Notes under the pieces: model-generated
Told to the model about the DNA's origin: nothing
What the model saw: the letters and a program-made list of their open reading frames with translations, nothing else
The model's database searches: none
Assembly (NCBI GenBank): GCA_964541165.1
Contig: CAZIPQ010000002.1
Span: 1 to 56,714, forward strand
DNA: 56,714 bases
Direction: 5' to 3'
Source of the DNA: an uncultured Muribaculum sp.
GTDB lineage: Bacteria; Bacteroidota; Bacteroidia; Bacteroidales; Muribaculaceae
Shown: one piece after another, positions 18,351-29,058 of the stretch
Position numbering within the stretch: the stretch's first letter is position 1
Layout: each line of letters starts with the position of its first letter
Made by a program: the position numbers and the translations under genes

Positions 18351-19847
18351 CTACTTCTGTAGCTTTTCTTTTATTGTTTTTTGATAAAGGTCGTGGTCAC
18401 GGAGGTCAGGACGGCCCTCAATATTGCCCTCACGGTCTACAAGGATATAGTACGGTATTCCGTCAAGATCAAACTGCTTGTGCACTGCCGTAGCCTGATC
18501 CTCAGTAAGCCGGTAGTGCTCGCCCTTTATGGCCGGTATCTGGCTCACATACAGCGGAAGTGGCGACGACTCATCGGCAATGTATATCCACACAATGTCG
18601 GGATCAGAGAGAGTAGTCGATTTCAGAGGCTCATTCTCGGCGATCGCCGCGCGGCACGGGCTGCACCATGTGTTCCACAGGTCGATCATCACCACCTTGC
18701 CCTTGTAGGGAGCAGCGATAGTCTCGATTATCTTTTCAGGGTCGATGTCAGCGGGAAGTTCGTGGATCATTTTCACAGCCTCATTATACTTCACCTGATA
18801 GCTGTTGGCAAGCGAACGTGCCACGGCCGTGTAGAAGTCACCGTCGGCCATTGCTCCGAGTTCGGCAAGGTCGCTGTCGGTCAGGCGTCCGGCCGAGGCC
18901 TTGGTTCCGATGGCTTGCATCCGTGCGATGTCTGTAAGCATGTTTTTTTGAGTGCCTCCTGCAGTCCAGTCTATCGACTTGTTGGGCAGCGACATTGACA
19001 GCGGCATGACTTCGGTCAGCAGCATGGCCTTGTCATTAAGATCGGCAATCCCGTAAAGCGTCTTGATGTTGTCATCGTTTATCGTCAGTTTCACCGAGTC
19101 CGGATCAACTTTGGGATTGTCGGGATGACTCATCATATAACTTCCGCGGATAATGAAATCAATCATCATCATACCCGGCAACGCTGCCTTAAGCGCCGCA
19201 CGCTCATATTCCTTTACCATCTGAGGCACGGTATCGGCCTCGATTACGGCAAGCGAATCGCGGTAAGCCACAGCTAACTGGGCGACATACTCATCACCGG
19301 TAATGTTGTAGCCACCAATCTCCATGGCCGTAAATGGATTGAACACATGATCAATTTTGTGCTTTGCCATCATGGCGGTCATGTTGCTGTAATAACCGTC
19401 GGCATATACCTTACGGCCATCCATGCGCACCGAGTCAGGACGGTTGTCAACATATATGTTCACATTCTCCCCCGGCTTGATCCATACCGAACCTATGCGG
19501 CGTTCAAAGTCATTCATACCCATCGAGAGTACCGATGTGCCCAGAACCGGCATTCCAAATTCAACCTTACCGCTTCCGTCAAGAACAATCGGAGGCATTT
19601 CGGAAAATTCGGCAGCCGAAATCACGTTGATATTAAGCTGCTCCTCCGCTGGAGCCTCACCGAGGAAATTGATGGTGATCCGTGACGAATCACATTCGTC
19701 GAAATACTCGGGCAGGGGTCCGTCCTTAGGCTCCGTGCGCAATGCTCTCGGCAAGCCCTCGGGATAATTGCCGTTGTCACCTCCGGCACATGAAGTCAGG
19801 ATACCGATAATGGCAACCGACTTAATACACTTGAAAATTGTACTCAT
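18351..19847 (-). CDS. TlpA-family disulfide reductase lipoprotein
   Basis: Lipobox LTSC; C-terminal thioredoxin domain with IDLWNTWCSPC and GIPYYILVD. Confidence 0.9.
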   Translation of the reverse strand: MSTIFKCIKSVAIIGILTSCAGGDNGNYPEGLPRALRTEPKDGPLPEYFDECDSSRITINFLGEAPAEEQLNINVISAAEFSEMPPIVLDGSGKVEFGMPVLGTSVLSMGMNDFERRIGSVWIKPGENVNIYVDNRPDSVRMDGRKVYADGYYSNMTAMMAKHKIDHVFNPFTAMEIGGYNITGDEYVAQLAVAYRDSLAVIEADTVPQMVKEYERAALKAALPGMMMIDFIIRGSYMMSHPDNPKVDPDSVKLTINDDNIKTLYGIADLNDKAMLLTEVMPLSMSLPNKSIDWTAGGTQKNMLTDIARMQAIGTKASAGRLTDSDLAELGAMADGDFYTAVARSLANSYQVKYNEAVKMIHELPADIDPEKIIETIAAPYKGKVVMIDLWNTWCSPCRAAIAENEPLKSTTLSDPDIVWIYIADESSPLPLYVSQIPAIKGEHYRLTEDQATAVHKQFDLDGIPYYILVDREGNIEGRPDLRDHDLYQKTIKEKLQK

Positions 19848-19860
19848 ATAGATAATATTA

Positions 19861-19892
19861 AGTCAGCCGAAAGAAGACTCTTCCGGCTGACT
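19861..19892. other. Intercistronic stem-loop between susD and tlpA
   Basis: agtcagccg...cggctgact inverted repeat with no strong U tract. Confidence 0.55.
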
Positions 19893-19899
19893 GCTGGGA

Positions 19900-21303
19900 T
19901 TAATAATTCTGTGTAAGTGTGGAGTTATAGCGGGTGGCGTTAGACGGGAACGGAAGGATCCAGAGTTTTGAATCGGGCTTCAGCGTAAATGTCTGATCAC
20001 CGACAGTACGGGTAATGTTTCTCGCATACTCCGGCTCGCTGTTCCAGCGCTTCATCAGGTAGAAAGTGTCGTAGCCGTCGAAGAACTCCACATAGTGGAA
20101 CTGACGGAACTTCTCCATAGCCTCAGCCTTGGTCAGTGACTGCTGGGCCCACAGTTCGGGATTCTCGATACGGCGGAGACGTACACGGTCTATATATTCA
20201 AGACCCTCCTTTACCTCACCGGCACGTATAAGACATTCGGCTATGATGAAATACATGTTCTCCGTACGGATACCTATGTTGTTGTACATGGTACCGAAGC
20301 TCTGGTAGCAGAGTCCACCGGGCAGACCGCTGATACTTATCGCGCCGTCAGCGCTCCAAGTCGGACCACGCCAACCAAGCTCATACTTGCGCACATAATC
20401 ATTCTCATCGAAATATGCTACACTTTCCGGAGGCATCGTAGCGTAAGTAGGACATGCACGCGTACCGCCGACCATGTAGAAATAATTATTTTCTGATGTA
20501 TTCAGCATATCCCAGACTCCGGTCACCTTTACGTCCGAGCGGTCCTCAAGCTTGTTATTGTATTCAAGCGCCTTTTTTGCATAGGGAAGTGCTTCTGAGT
20601 ACCGTTTCATCTGCATAAGCACCTTGGCACGCACCGCGTTGCCGAAAGCCTTGTCGACACGGCATACATCGTTTACATAGTCTTTCATGTCAGAAATCAC
20701 CTCATCGGTACAATCCTCAAGCATCTTGTCATACACCTCGGCAAGCGTGAGTTTGGTCTTTTGCGTCGACACGTCGGTATCGGTCACGTATGGAATGCCT
20801 CCGAGCTCAGCCGCAGTTGAGGCGTCATACTGAGCGGCATATACTCCTACAAGAAGATAGTGGAAATAAGCCCTCAGCACCTTAGCCTCAGCGATTAAAC
20901 GCGCTTTCGTAATGTCATCGCCATCAGGAGCTTCGGCAGCTTTCTCTATCACCACATTCATATAGTTGATATGCTTGTACAGACTGGTATAACGTCCGTC
21001 AGATACAGTCAGTGCCACACGGTCGACCCCTTCGTCATACATGAAATGAGCATAACTCAGCGAATAGGGCGATGCCATTATGGAGTTGGCGTCATCCCAG
21101 GCGGGGAAAGCGTCATTACAGATCAGGCCGAGATCATCGGCGGGAGATCCTCCGATAAAGAATTCCTGATTTAACAGCAGTTCGACATCAGCTATTTTGG
21201 TAAGTGTCGTCTTACCTTTCGGTACTATATCGAGTTTATCATCACAGGCAGTCATTGTCATCACCAACGCCGCGAGCGCTGAAATCATTTTTATATTTTT
21301 CAT
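19900..21303 (-). CDS. RagB/SusD family lipoprotein
   Basis: Lipobox MTAC-DDKLDIVPKG, AEAKVLRAYFHYLLV and C-terminal LWILPFP. Confidence 0.93.
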   Translation of the reverse strand: MKNIKMISALAALVMTMTACDDKLDIVPKGKTTLTKIADVELLLNQEFFIGGSPADDLGLICNDAFPAWDDANSIMASPYSLSYAHFMYDEGVDRVALTVSDGRYTSLYKHINYMNVVIEKAAEAPDGDDITKARLIAEAKVLRAYFHYLLVGVYAAQYDASTAAELGGIPYVTDTDVSTQKTKLTLAEVYDKMLEDCTDEVISDMKDYVNDVCRVDKAFGNAVRAKVLMQMKRYSEALPYAKKALEYNNKLEDRSDVKVTGVWDMLNTSENNYFYMVGGTRACPTYATMPPESVAYFDENDYVRKYELGWRGPTWSADGAISISGLPGGLCYQSFGTMYNNIGIRTENMYFIIAECLIRAGEVKEGLEYIDRVRLRRIENPELWAQQSLTKAEAMEKFRQFHYVEFFDGYDTFYLMKRWNSEPEYARNITRTVGDQTFTLKPDSKLWILPFPSNATRYNSTLTQNY

Positions 21304-21318
21304 AAGAGCAATCAGAAA

Positions 21319-24300
21319 TTAGAAGTTTAAGAAAAGACTGAAAGTATAGCTTCGCGGAGCCTTGCGGATATTGGTACCGTCCCATGCGGTGACAGCTTCC
21401 GGGTCCTTGTCGGCCTTATTGCGTGTCCATGTAGCCACATTATTGATCTGGAAACGCAGACGTGCCTCATTGACTCCGATATGGCGGGTCAGGTTGCGGT
21501 CGAAGGTATATGTCAGGATGATGTTACGCAGCTTCATGTAATCGGCGGGCACGACATTAGTGTTCATATACTGGCCGGTGTACTTACCGACGACATTGCT
21601 TCCTGCATATCCGTGGGCTACATACTTGGATGTGTCACCGGTACGCCAGTAATTGAGATAGCTTGACGGAATAGCCTCAAGGAATACCGGCATATAGCCA
21701 TATTCAGAACCTTCGGAAGTGTACATGTCAGTGTTGACACGCATTACATGACCACCGTAATATGAAAGCATGGCTGACAGTGCGAAGCCGCGATATGTGA
21801 GCTCGGGAGTGAATGAGCTAACATACTTCGGGTCAAGGCTGCCTGAATATACGCAATCCTCGGGACGGAAGGCATTGTCATCAAGCTCGGTATTGTGAAC
21901 ACCGCCATCCTTGTCGCGCCACAGATAGTGCTGCAGGCCGCTTTCATCAATCTCAAATCCTGCGAAATCGTAAGAGAACAGCGAGTTGATCGGATAACCT
22001 TCATGGAATGTCGATGCATTCAGGTTCTCACGGCCTGTCGAAGCCTTATGATTGACGGCAAGGATCTTGTTCTTGTTATAAGCGAAGTTGAAGTAGGCGT
22101 TTACACCGAATGAATTACGGGTTGGAGCCTCAAGGATGCGGGCATTGAGCTGGAACTCGACACCCTGGTTAAGAGCCTTGGCATTGTTGATTGTCAGCAT
22201 GCTCCAGCCGGTGGTCGGATCAAGATCAGTGGTTGCGAGCAGGTCGGTACCCTTCTTGTGATAATAGTCGAGTGAACCGCTCAGACGATAGCCGAAGAAT
22301 GAATAGTCGATACCGACATTCCATGTAGCGGTCTTTTCCCAGCGCAGCTGGTCATTCGGGGGAGTGTCAAGGGTAGCGTAATTGCCGGCATTGACAAAGT
22401 TCTGGTCGATGGTAGCCACAAGGAATGAAGAAACCGACGAGTCGATGTTACCTGTAAGACCGTAGCTTACACGCGGCTTGAGGGCATCGATCCATGTGTA
22501 GGGGCGCATGAAGGACTCATTGTGCATGTTCCAGCTGGCACCAACTGACCACAGCGGACGGCCGCGGAACTTGGGATCAGCACCAAAAAGATCGGTCTTG
22601 TCAATACGCCATGACCCTGACAGCGCATAACGTGAGTCATACACATAGTTACCTGTGAAATAGATCGAATAGAAGCGGTGAAGGATATCGGTGCTGGCAA
22701 AATCAGATGCATCGGGAGCCCCTGACATTGAGTAATCAGGTCCCAATACGGAAGCTGTACCCCAAAGCTCGGCAAGTTCACGGTAATTCACAAATGTGTT
22801 TGCATTCTGCTGGGTCTGGTCATCATAACCGAGATAAATTGTTTTAGATGTCTTGTCGTGCATGTCGCGGTACTCGAAACCACCTACAACATCGATTGAA
22901 TGTTTGTCAAGGAATGTACGGTTGTACTGGGTCTGTGCGCGGAAAGTATAATATGCGCCTTCAGCGGTGTTCTGTTTCAGACGGCCGCCGTAAGGAATAT
23001 TGTGCACAAGCACTCTCTGTGGCACCTGAATAGGATTCCAGTATTCATCATAGTCACTGACAAGTTTAGTAGTCTCGCCGGTATAGTAGTTGTAGAGGCT
23101 GCGCATGGCCTCAGTCTCGGCCTCAGTATAGGCATCATTCTTATAATAGATATCCTCATACTGGAAGTGAGCTGAAGCTGTCCATCCGGGAAGAATGGTT
23201 GCCTTGGCCTGAATGTAGCTGCGGATATTGGTACGGCGTGCACGGCTATAGTCCATATCCTTTTCAGCGATAGGATTATACCACATTGACTTCAGTTCAT
23301 AATCAGGATTCTGCATGGCTTCGAGAGTGTCATATACTCCTTCAGTCATATCGGCGAGTGAGCCATCCTCATTGTACATCGAGCGCCAGGGACGGTAAGA
23401 ATTGATGCCTACGCGGTTGCTGTGCATCTTTGAGCGGGTGTTGATGACGTTTACACCAAGGGTCATGTCAAGCCACTTGGCAGCCTTCAGGTCGCCGCGA
23501 TAGCTGAAAGTCAGGTTGTTGGTATTCTCACCCTGATAACCCATGTTATCGGTCTTGTAATTAAGCACAATGCTTGACGAAAGGGCCTTACCTGACACGC
23601 GCATGGCGAGGTTGTACTGCTGGAGTACGCGCTGACGCTCAAACTGCTTCTGCCACTCCTTGCGGTAATCCTTTGAGGCGTAATCGTCAAGGGTCTTGTT
23701 CATATCGGCATCGGATACCTCTCCGAGATAATTGCCCATAAGGGCGCGCATCACACCGGAAAGACGAGACTTACGGGTATTATAGTAATTGGTCAGAGAA
23801 TTCATGATCAGGCCGTCGGGCATGTTCTTCATATAATTGAAGTTGTATTTCTCAAGCTCAATTATCTCAGCCGCATTGGCCCATCCCATATTATCGTAGT
23901 CATACTTCTCGCTGACAGTAACGTCGGCATTGAAGTCGATTGATATATTCTCACTGCTGCCGCGCTTGGTCGTGATAACGATGACGCCGTTTGATGCACG
24001 GGCACCGTAGATGGCTGCGGCGGCAGCATCCTTCAGCACGGTGATATTGGCAATGTCGTAAGGATTGACTGTCTCGATACCGCCCTCGATGGGAAGTCCG
24101 TCGACAACCACAAGAGGCTTGGTGGCAGCCTGAAGCGTACCGACACCACGGATTACGATGCCGTTCTCACCGTCGGCACCAGGAGTAGTAACAAGACCGG
24201 GGATCTTGCCTTCAAGATTTTCGGCTATCGATGATGTGAAGCGACGCTCCATGTCCTCGGCGGTGATGGTCTGATAGGCACCGGTAGCATTCTCACGCTT

Positions 24301-24894
24301 AAGGTTCTGATAACCTGTCACCACGACCTCGTTCATCAGCGTAGGATCAATCGTCATGTCGATGCGGATGAAAGGAGTCTTTTCAGGATTAACCTTTATC
24401 GACTTGGTCTTCATGCCCACATAGCTCACTGTAATCACGGGATTACGGCCCTCGACAAGAAGAGTGAACGCACCGTCAAGATCAGTAGAGGTAGCGGCGG
24501 TGGAGTTATCCAGTTTTACGGTAGCACCGGCAAGAGGTTCCCCTAATTCATCCATAACAATACCGCCGAGACGAGTTTTATAAAATTTTGTCTCATCGAT
24601 AGAGCTAAGTATCACGGTCTTATCAACGATCTCCCAACTGAGATCAAAGAGACTGAGTGCGCGGTTGAGCAGCTGCTCAAGTGTAAGATCCTGATAATTG
24701 CCCGATAGACGGAAACTCTTATCCTTTATAAGATCTTTCTGATACACAAACTCGTAGCCTGTGGCCTTTTTAAGTATATTCAACGTCGACTCGATGTCGT
24801 CGTTTTTGAACGACACATCGTAGTTGCGTGCCCATCCCGCAACCGGGATAAACAGCATAGCAACTGCAAGAAATGTTAATAGCCTGATTCTCAT
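21319..24894 (-). CDS. SusC/RagA TonB-dependent transducer with N-terminal STN signalling domain
   Basis: ~100-aa N-terminal extension (LKKATGYEFVY...LEQLLNRAL), LKDAAAAAIYGARASNGVIVITTK, LRWEKT and terminal Phe. Confidence 0.96.
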   Translation of the reverse strand: MRIRLLTFLAVAMLFIPVAGWARNYDVSFKNDDIESTLNILKKATGYEFVYQKDLIKDKSFRLSGNYQDLTLEQLLNRALSLFDLSWEIVDKTVILSSIDETKFYKTRLGGIVMDELGEPLAGATVKLDNSTAATSTDLDGAFTLLVEGRNPVITVSYVGMKTKSIKVNPEKTPFIRIDMTIDPTLMNEVVVTGYQNLKRENATGAYQTITAEDMERRFTSSIAENLEGKIPGLVTTPGADGENGIVIRGVGTLQAATKPLVVVDGLPIEGGIETVNPYDIANITVLKDAAAAAIYGARASNGVIVITTKRGSSENISIDFNADVTVSEKYDYDNMGWANAAEIIELEKYNFNYMKNMPDGLIMNSLTNYYNTRKSRLSGVMRALMGNYLGEVSDADMNKTLDDYASKDYRKEWQKQFERQRVLQQYNLAMRVSGKALSSSIVLNYKTDNMGYQGENTNNLTFSYRGDLKAAKWLDMTLGVNVINTRSKMHSNRVGINSYRPWRSMYNEDGSLADMTEGVYDTLEAMQNPDYELKSMWYNPIAEKDMDYSRARRTNIRSYIQAKATILPGWTASAHFQYEDIYYKNDAYTEAETEAMRSLYNYYTGETTKLVSDYDEYWNPIQVPQRVLVHNIPYGGRLKQNTAEGAYYTFRAQTQYNRTFLDKHSIDVVGGFEYRDMHDKTSKTIYLGYDDQTQQNANTFVNYRELAELWGTASVLGPDYSMSGAPDASDFASTDILHRFYSIYFTGNYVYDSRYALSGSWRIDKTDLFGADPKFRGRPLWSVGASWNMHNESFMRPYTWIDALKPRVSYGLTGNIDSSVSSFLVATIDQNFVNAGNYATLDTPPNDQLRWEKTATWNVGIDYSFFGYRLSGSLDYYHKKGTDLLATTDLDPTTGWSMLTINNAKALNQGVEFQLNARILEAPTRNSFGVNAYFNFAYNKNKILAVNHKASTGRENLNASTFHEGYPINSLFSYDFAGFEIDESGLQHYLWRDKDGGVHNTELDDNAFRPEDCVYSGSLDPKYVSSFTPELTYRGFALSAMLSYYGGHVMRVNTDMYTSEGSEYGYMPVFLEAIPSSYLNYWRTGDTSKYVAHGYAGSNVVGKYTGQYMNTNVVPADYMKLRNIILTYTFDRNLTRHIGVNEARLRFQINNVATWTRNKADKDPEAVTAWDGTNIRKAPRSYTFSLFLNF

Positions 24895-24920
24895 TGCTTC
24901 AAAATGATTAGTTATTGTGA

Positions 24921-26090
24921 TTAATGTTTTTTCCTGGATATGATAATTTTGTCATTTTCATTAGTAAAGGTAATTCCGCCGCTCTTTTCAAGAATTGCTA
25001 TGGCGGTGGTAAAGTCGGCATAACGCGGGATGCTGCCCATAAACACGATATCTTTAAGCGAGGGATCGGCAAACTCGTAATCGAAGTTGTACCATCGGCT
25101 CAGATCACGCATTATATGCAGCAACGGCTGCTCCTCGAATACAAACCTGCCGGTGCGCCATGAAGTGATGACGGCAGGATCGACGGTCTTCATCGACACG
25201 CTGCTCTCCTCCTTGTCAAGAACGGCCTGATGACCGGGCAGCATATACAGTTCCCCACCCTGACCGTCGCTGCGCGCCAGCGAGATTATACCTGACTCAA
25301 GAGTGGTGTAGACCGCCTCATCCTCGGCATAGCCGCGCACATTGAACCGGGTGCCGTGGACGCGTATCACCTGTCCGTCGGCCTCTACATAGAAAGGACG
25401 GTCAGGATCGGTCTTTACCGCAAAGTAAGCCTCGCCGCGCACCTGAACACGACGTTCATTGGCGGCAAAGCGTTCGGGATAACGGAGCTGCGACTCACTG
25501 TTGAGCCACACTTCGGTGCTGTCCTCAAGAATGATCTTGAACTCACCGCCGCGAGGCACGTCGAGGCACAATTCCTCGACGGAAGCCTGCGGTGCGGGAG
25601 ATGTCATTATGAGTTCAGGAGCAGTAAGCGCCGTGTCGACGGCCTCGAGAGTCAGCGACTGACCGCCGGAGGAACGGAGGAGAGCCTTGATCTGACCTGG
25701 ATGAATGTCGTCAAACTCGCCGGCAGCATCAATCTGGGCCACTTCCGGCTGCTTAGCGGCATCAAGAGTGCTGTCAGCACGCCATAGCTGCCAGCCACCG
25801 TAGATAAGTCCTGCAGCGACAGCAGCCACTGCGGCGCCACGCTTGACGCGACGGTACATGGCGGCGTTCCGCATGGCACCGAGGCGCCTGCGCATATCGG
25901 CAGCGGGGCGCGAGGTATCGACCATGCGACGGCGGCGATAATAGCCCTCGAGCCATTCGCTGTCGGCAAGGCGCCGCGCCATTTCGGCATTGGCGGGATC
26001 ATCGGCAATCCAGGCGTCAAGACGTTCCTGCTCCTCAGGGGTCAATGAGCCGGTAAGGCGGCGGTAAAGTAATTCGGAAATCTTATCCAC
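24921..26090 (-). CDS. FecR-family anti-sigma factor
   Basis: LTPEEQERLDAW N-terminus, a single TM helix, VPRGGEF, VWLNSESQLRYP, GEAYFAV and VHGTRFNV. Confidence 0.93.
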   Translation of the reverse strand: MDKISELLYRRLTGSLTPEEQERLDAWIADDPANAEMARRLADSEWLEGYYRRRRMVDTSRPAADMRRRLGAMRNAAMYRRVKRGAAVAAVAAGLIYGGWQLWRADSTLDAAKQPEVAQIDAAGEFDDIHPGQIKALLRSSGGQSLTLEAVDTALTAPELIMTSPAPQASVEELCLDVPRGGEFKIILEDSTEVWLNSESQLRYPERFAANERRVQVRGEAYFAVKTDPDRPFYVEADGQVIRVHGTRFNVRGYAEDEAVYTTLESGIISLARSDGQGGELYMLPGHQAVLDKEESSVSMKTVDPAVITSWRTGRFVFEEQPLLHIMRDLSRWYNFDYEFADPSLKDIVFMGSIPRYADFTTAIAILEKSGGITFTNENDKIIISRKKH

Positions 26091-26114
26091 GGTGATTGAT
26101 TGTCAATTATGAAA

Positions 26115-27533
26115 TTATTTTACGGCATTATTGAGAATAGTGTCGATATTCTCATCCGACGGACGCTCGGCATCAGGATTGATAAATGTGCCGTCGGGAG
26201 CTATCATGATGAAACGAGGTATACCCTTGATACCGAGTCCGGTCATGAATTCCTTGGAAGCCTCGCTGTCAAGACGGTACTGGGGCCATTCCGGCTTATC
26301 GGCATTGATCTTATTGAGCCATGCCTCCTTGTCCTCATCGACCGAGATGCTTACAAACGACACCTTGTCATTGCCTTTGAAACGCTCCACGAGCTTCTCC
26401 ATATAAGGTATCTCACGGCAGCATGGTCCGCACCATGTAGCCCATACATCAATATAAAGCACCTTGCCATAGAGCTTGCTGAGCTTAACGGTGCTGCCGT
26501 CAGGAGCCTCAAGCACGGGATCAACCGGGACAGGCTTTCCTGCTGAAAGACTGGCAATGGCATCGGCATCCTTTGCATACTTCGCAACGAGTTCAGGATA
26601 CTCCTTGGCACGCTCCGAGAAGGCAGTCATGAAGTTGCCGGCGCTTTCGGCCGAAGGCTTCATATAGGTAAAATACTGGCTGGCAACCGAGTTAAACGCC
26701 ATGCGGCGATTATCGGGATTGGTGATGCAACTGTCAATTATTACAAGCTCCTGAATCTGATATGCGCCGTCAGAATTGCTCCAGTCATTTTCAAGAGGGT
26801 TCTGTGCGCTTAACCACATATAAATGAGGTTCGAACGGCCTGTAATCTCGTCATTCGGGTCTATACGGCCGAGGATCTCCATATATTCGGGATATTCGGT
26901 AACTTTTTTCTGGTCACTGTAAGCCTGATCCATGATAAGGCGAGCCTTGGCACAATCATATTTACATTCGGAAAGATGAGTGAAATACTTTCGGGTATCG
27001 TCATCGCTTATCTTTGAAAGAGCCTCGTTGACACGTGCATACTGAGTGTCGAGAAGCGCACGGTATTCGGCATTGGTCTTGGTCTCGGCAGGATCTATTG
27101 AGAAATACTGCATAATGTCAAATGCCTGAGTATAGACATTGGCAAACTCATTGACATCCACATTGTCACCGCTGAACGTGAGTACGGGAGCCGCTGAGGG
27201 GGAGCACACGATGTCGACATGCGAAGTCTTGCCGCGCTCCACATAAGCACCGGCTACATTATCACCGACATACAGCTCAATCTCGCCTGAAGTAAAGTCA
27301 TCGGGCAGCTCAACATCAAATGCAAAATTACCGAGCGAGTCAATCTCGACCTTTCCGCGGTTCATGCTCAAGGCATCATTGTTCAGAATATAGGCATAAC
27401 TTATCTCTATGCCATCGCCAACGTCAACATGACCGGTGAGCAACGGACCCTGACTGGTTTTATTACCACAAGCGGTAATCCCTGCAAGAAATACCGTCAG
27501 CAGTGACGGCATCAATAATGAATGTAAATTCAT
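26115..27533 (-). CDS. TlpA-family disulfide reductase lipoprotein
   Basis: Lipobox ITAC; YIDVWATWCGPCC and GIPRF. Confidence 0.9.
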   Translation of the reverse strand: MNLHSLLMPSLLTVFLAGITACGNKTSQGPLLTGHVDVGDGIEISYAYILNNDALSMNRGKVEIDSLGNFAFDVELPDDFTSGEIELYVGDNVAGAYVERGKTSHVDIVCSPSAAPVLTFSGDNVDVNEFANVYTQAFDIMQYFSIDPAETKTNAEYRALLDTQYARVNEALSKISDDDTRKYFTHLSECKYDCAKARLIMDQAYSDQKKVTEYPEYMEILGRIDPNDEITGRSNLIYMWLSAQNPLENDWSNSDGAYQIQELVIIDSCITNPDNRRMAFNSVASQYFTYMKPSAESAGNFMTAFSERAKEYPELVAKYAKDADAIASLSAGKPVPVDPVLEAPDGSTVKLSKLYGKVLYIDVWATWCGPCCREIPYMEKLVERFKGNDKVSFVSISVDEDKEAWLNKINADKPEWPQYRLDSEASKEFMTGLGIKGIPRFIMIAPDGTFINPDAERPSDENIDTILNNAVK

Positions 27534-27562
27534 AATGTGATTAAATTAAACATTTTATAACA

Positions 27563-27590
27563 TACACGTAATCCCTCAAAAAAAGTATAC
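27563..27590 (-). promoter_or_regulatory. Candidate ECF sigma promoter, copy 1
   Basis: Minus strand GTATAC-ttttttt gaggg-ATTACGTGTA, ~30 bp upstream of the tlpA ATG at 27533. Same motif and spacing as the copy at 29031-29058. Confidence 0.7.
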
Positions 27591-27634
27591 GTCATTAATT
27601 CACTTTTTTACTAAAAATTTGTACACGTAGATTT

Positions 27635-29008
27635 TTACTGTGCCAGAGCCTGTTCAAGGATAGCATCGATCTCCTCAGCCGACGGGCGCTCGGCATTTGA
27701 CGAAATGAATGTGCCGTCAGAAGCGATGATAAAGAAACGCGGGATCGAGTCAAATCCGACAGCCTTCATCAGCTTGTCGGCCTCCTCCTCGCTGAGGCGG
27801 TATTGCTCCCAAGAGGGTTTGTCACGGTCGAGCTTGGCAAGCCACGGCTCACGGGTAGCATCCATCGACAGACTGACAAACTTGATATCGTCACGGCCTT
27901 TGAAACGCTCCACGAGTTTTTCAAGATAGGGTATCTCGGCACAGCAAGGACCGCACCATGTGGCCCAGATGTCAATATACATCACTTTACCGAAAAGATC
28001 GCTGAAAATGATGGTCTTGCCATCGACAGTCTCAAGTACCGGATGATAGGTAACCGGCTTCCCGGGCGCTGTGGCATAAACTTTCTGAGCCTCAGCCTCA
28101 TAACGCTCGACAAGGTCGGGATAAGCGGCGGCTATCTCACGAAACCGCGGCATAAAGCGGTCAACATCAGCCACTTTAGGGAAGTGATTGCGGAAGAAAT
28201 ACACACCACGGCTGTTAAGCATGCGGCGGCGGTTGCCCGGCTCGGTGACACAAGAGTCGATTAATTCAAGAGCCTTAAAGTCATCGGGGGTAACCATAGT
28301 GACAAATTTAGGATTGCCGAGACGCCAGTCGAGCCAGGTACCGTCGGCCTCGGCAAGGCTCATGAATGGGTCATTCGGATCAATGCTCAGCATTATGGCC
28401 TCTTTCTCGGCGGCCTCCTCAGGTGTCATTTCACGATCCTGAGTCAGATACCATATATTGTTGCACAGCGCCATGTTCAGTTTCATGTCAAACAGGCGGC
28501 CGTAATACTCCCGGTCAGCCGCATCAGGTATACGGTCGAGCTGAGGACGTATCTGCGCATAGGAATCGCGCATCTGCTTACGGTAATTCGGATCATCCGA
28601 TCTCTTTCCGGTATAAAGACTGTCGAAAGTATGGTAAAAACGGTTGATCTCGACATTGTCACCGCCAAAGGTGACTTTAGGCGCACGCATATCAGTAACA
28701 TCGGCATCCATCACAGTGGTCTTGCCGCGCTCAACCACCATGGTAAACACATTGGTACCGGTATTAAGCACGAGCTCACACCGGTCAACCGGCATGTCAA
28801 GAGCCAGCGAGTAATCTCCGGTCACCGAGTCACCTGTCAAAAATTTGAACTCTCGTTCCCAGAAATCAGACGTGTAAGAGTAAAGCGCCAGAACCTTGCC
28901 GGGATCTACTCCTTTTAAATTTCCCTTAAGAACTACAGCCTCCTCTGCAAACATCGAGATGGCTCCAAGCAGGCATACAGCTGCTAAAATATGTCTCTTA
29001 AATCCCAT
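27635..29008 (-). CDS. TlpA-family disulfide reductase (SPI signal peptide, probably periplasmic)
   Basis: YIDIWATWCGPCC and SIPRFF. ATG 29008 (MGFKRHILAAVCLLGAISMFA) is preferred because the track's GTG at 29035 lies inside the promoter motif. Confidence 0.9.
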   Translation of the reverse strand: MGFKRHILAAVCLLGAISMFAEEAVVLKGNLKGVDPGKVLALYSYTSDFWEREFKFLTGDSVTGDYSLALDMPVDRCELVLNTGTNVFTMVVERGKTTVMDADVTDMRAPKVTFGGDNVEINRFYHTFDSLYTGKRSDDPNYRKQMRDSYAQIRPQLDRIPDAADREYYGRLFDMKLNMALCNNIWYLTQDREMTPEEAAEKEAIMLSIDPNDPFMSLAEADGTWLDWRLGNPKFVTMVTPDDFKALELIDSCVTEPGNRRRMLNSRGVYFFRNHFPKVADVDRFMPRFREIAAAYPDLVERYEAEAQKVYATAPGKPVTYHPVLETVDGKTIIFSDLFGKVMYIDIWATWCGPCCAEIPYLEKLVERFKGRDDIKFVSLSMDATREPWLAKLDRDKPSWEQYRLSEEEADKLMKAVGFDSIPRFFIIASDGTFISSNAERPSAEEIDAILEQALAQ

Positions 29009-29030
29009 AAATGAATAGTTGGTTTCATAG

Positions 29031-29058
29031 TACACGTAATAGGGCGGAAAAAGTATAC
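29031..29058 (-). promoter_or_regulatory. Candidate ECF sigma promoter, copy 2
   Basis: Minus strand GTATAC-ttttt ccgccct-ATTACGTGTA, with a 12-nt spacer as in copy 1. Confidence 0.7.
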
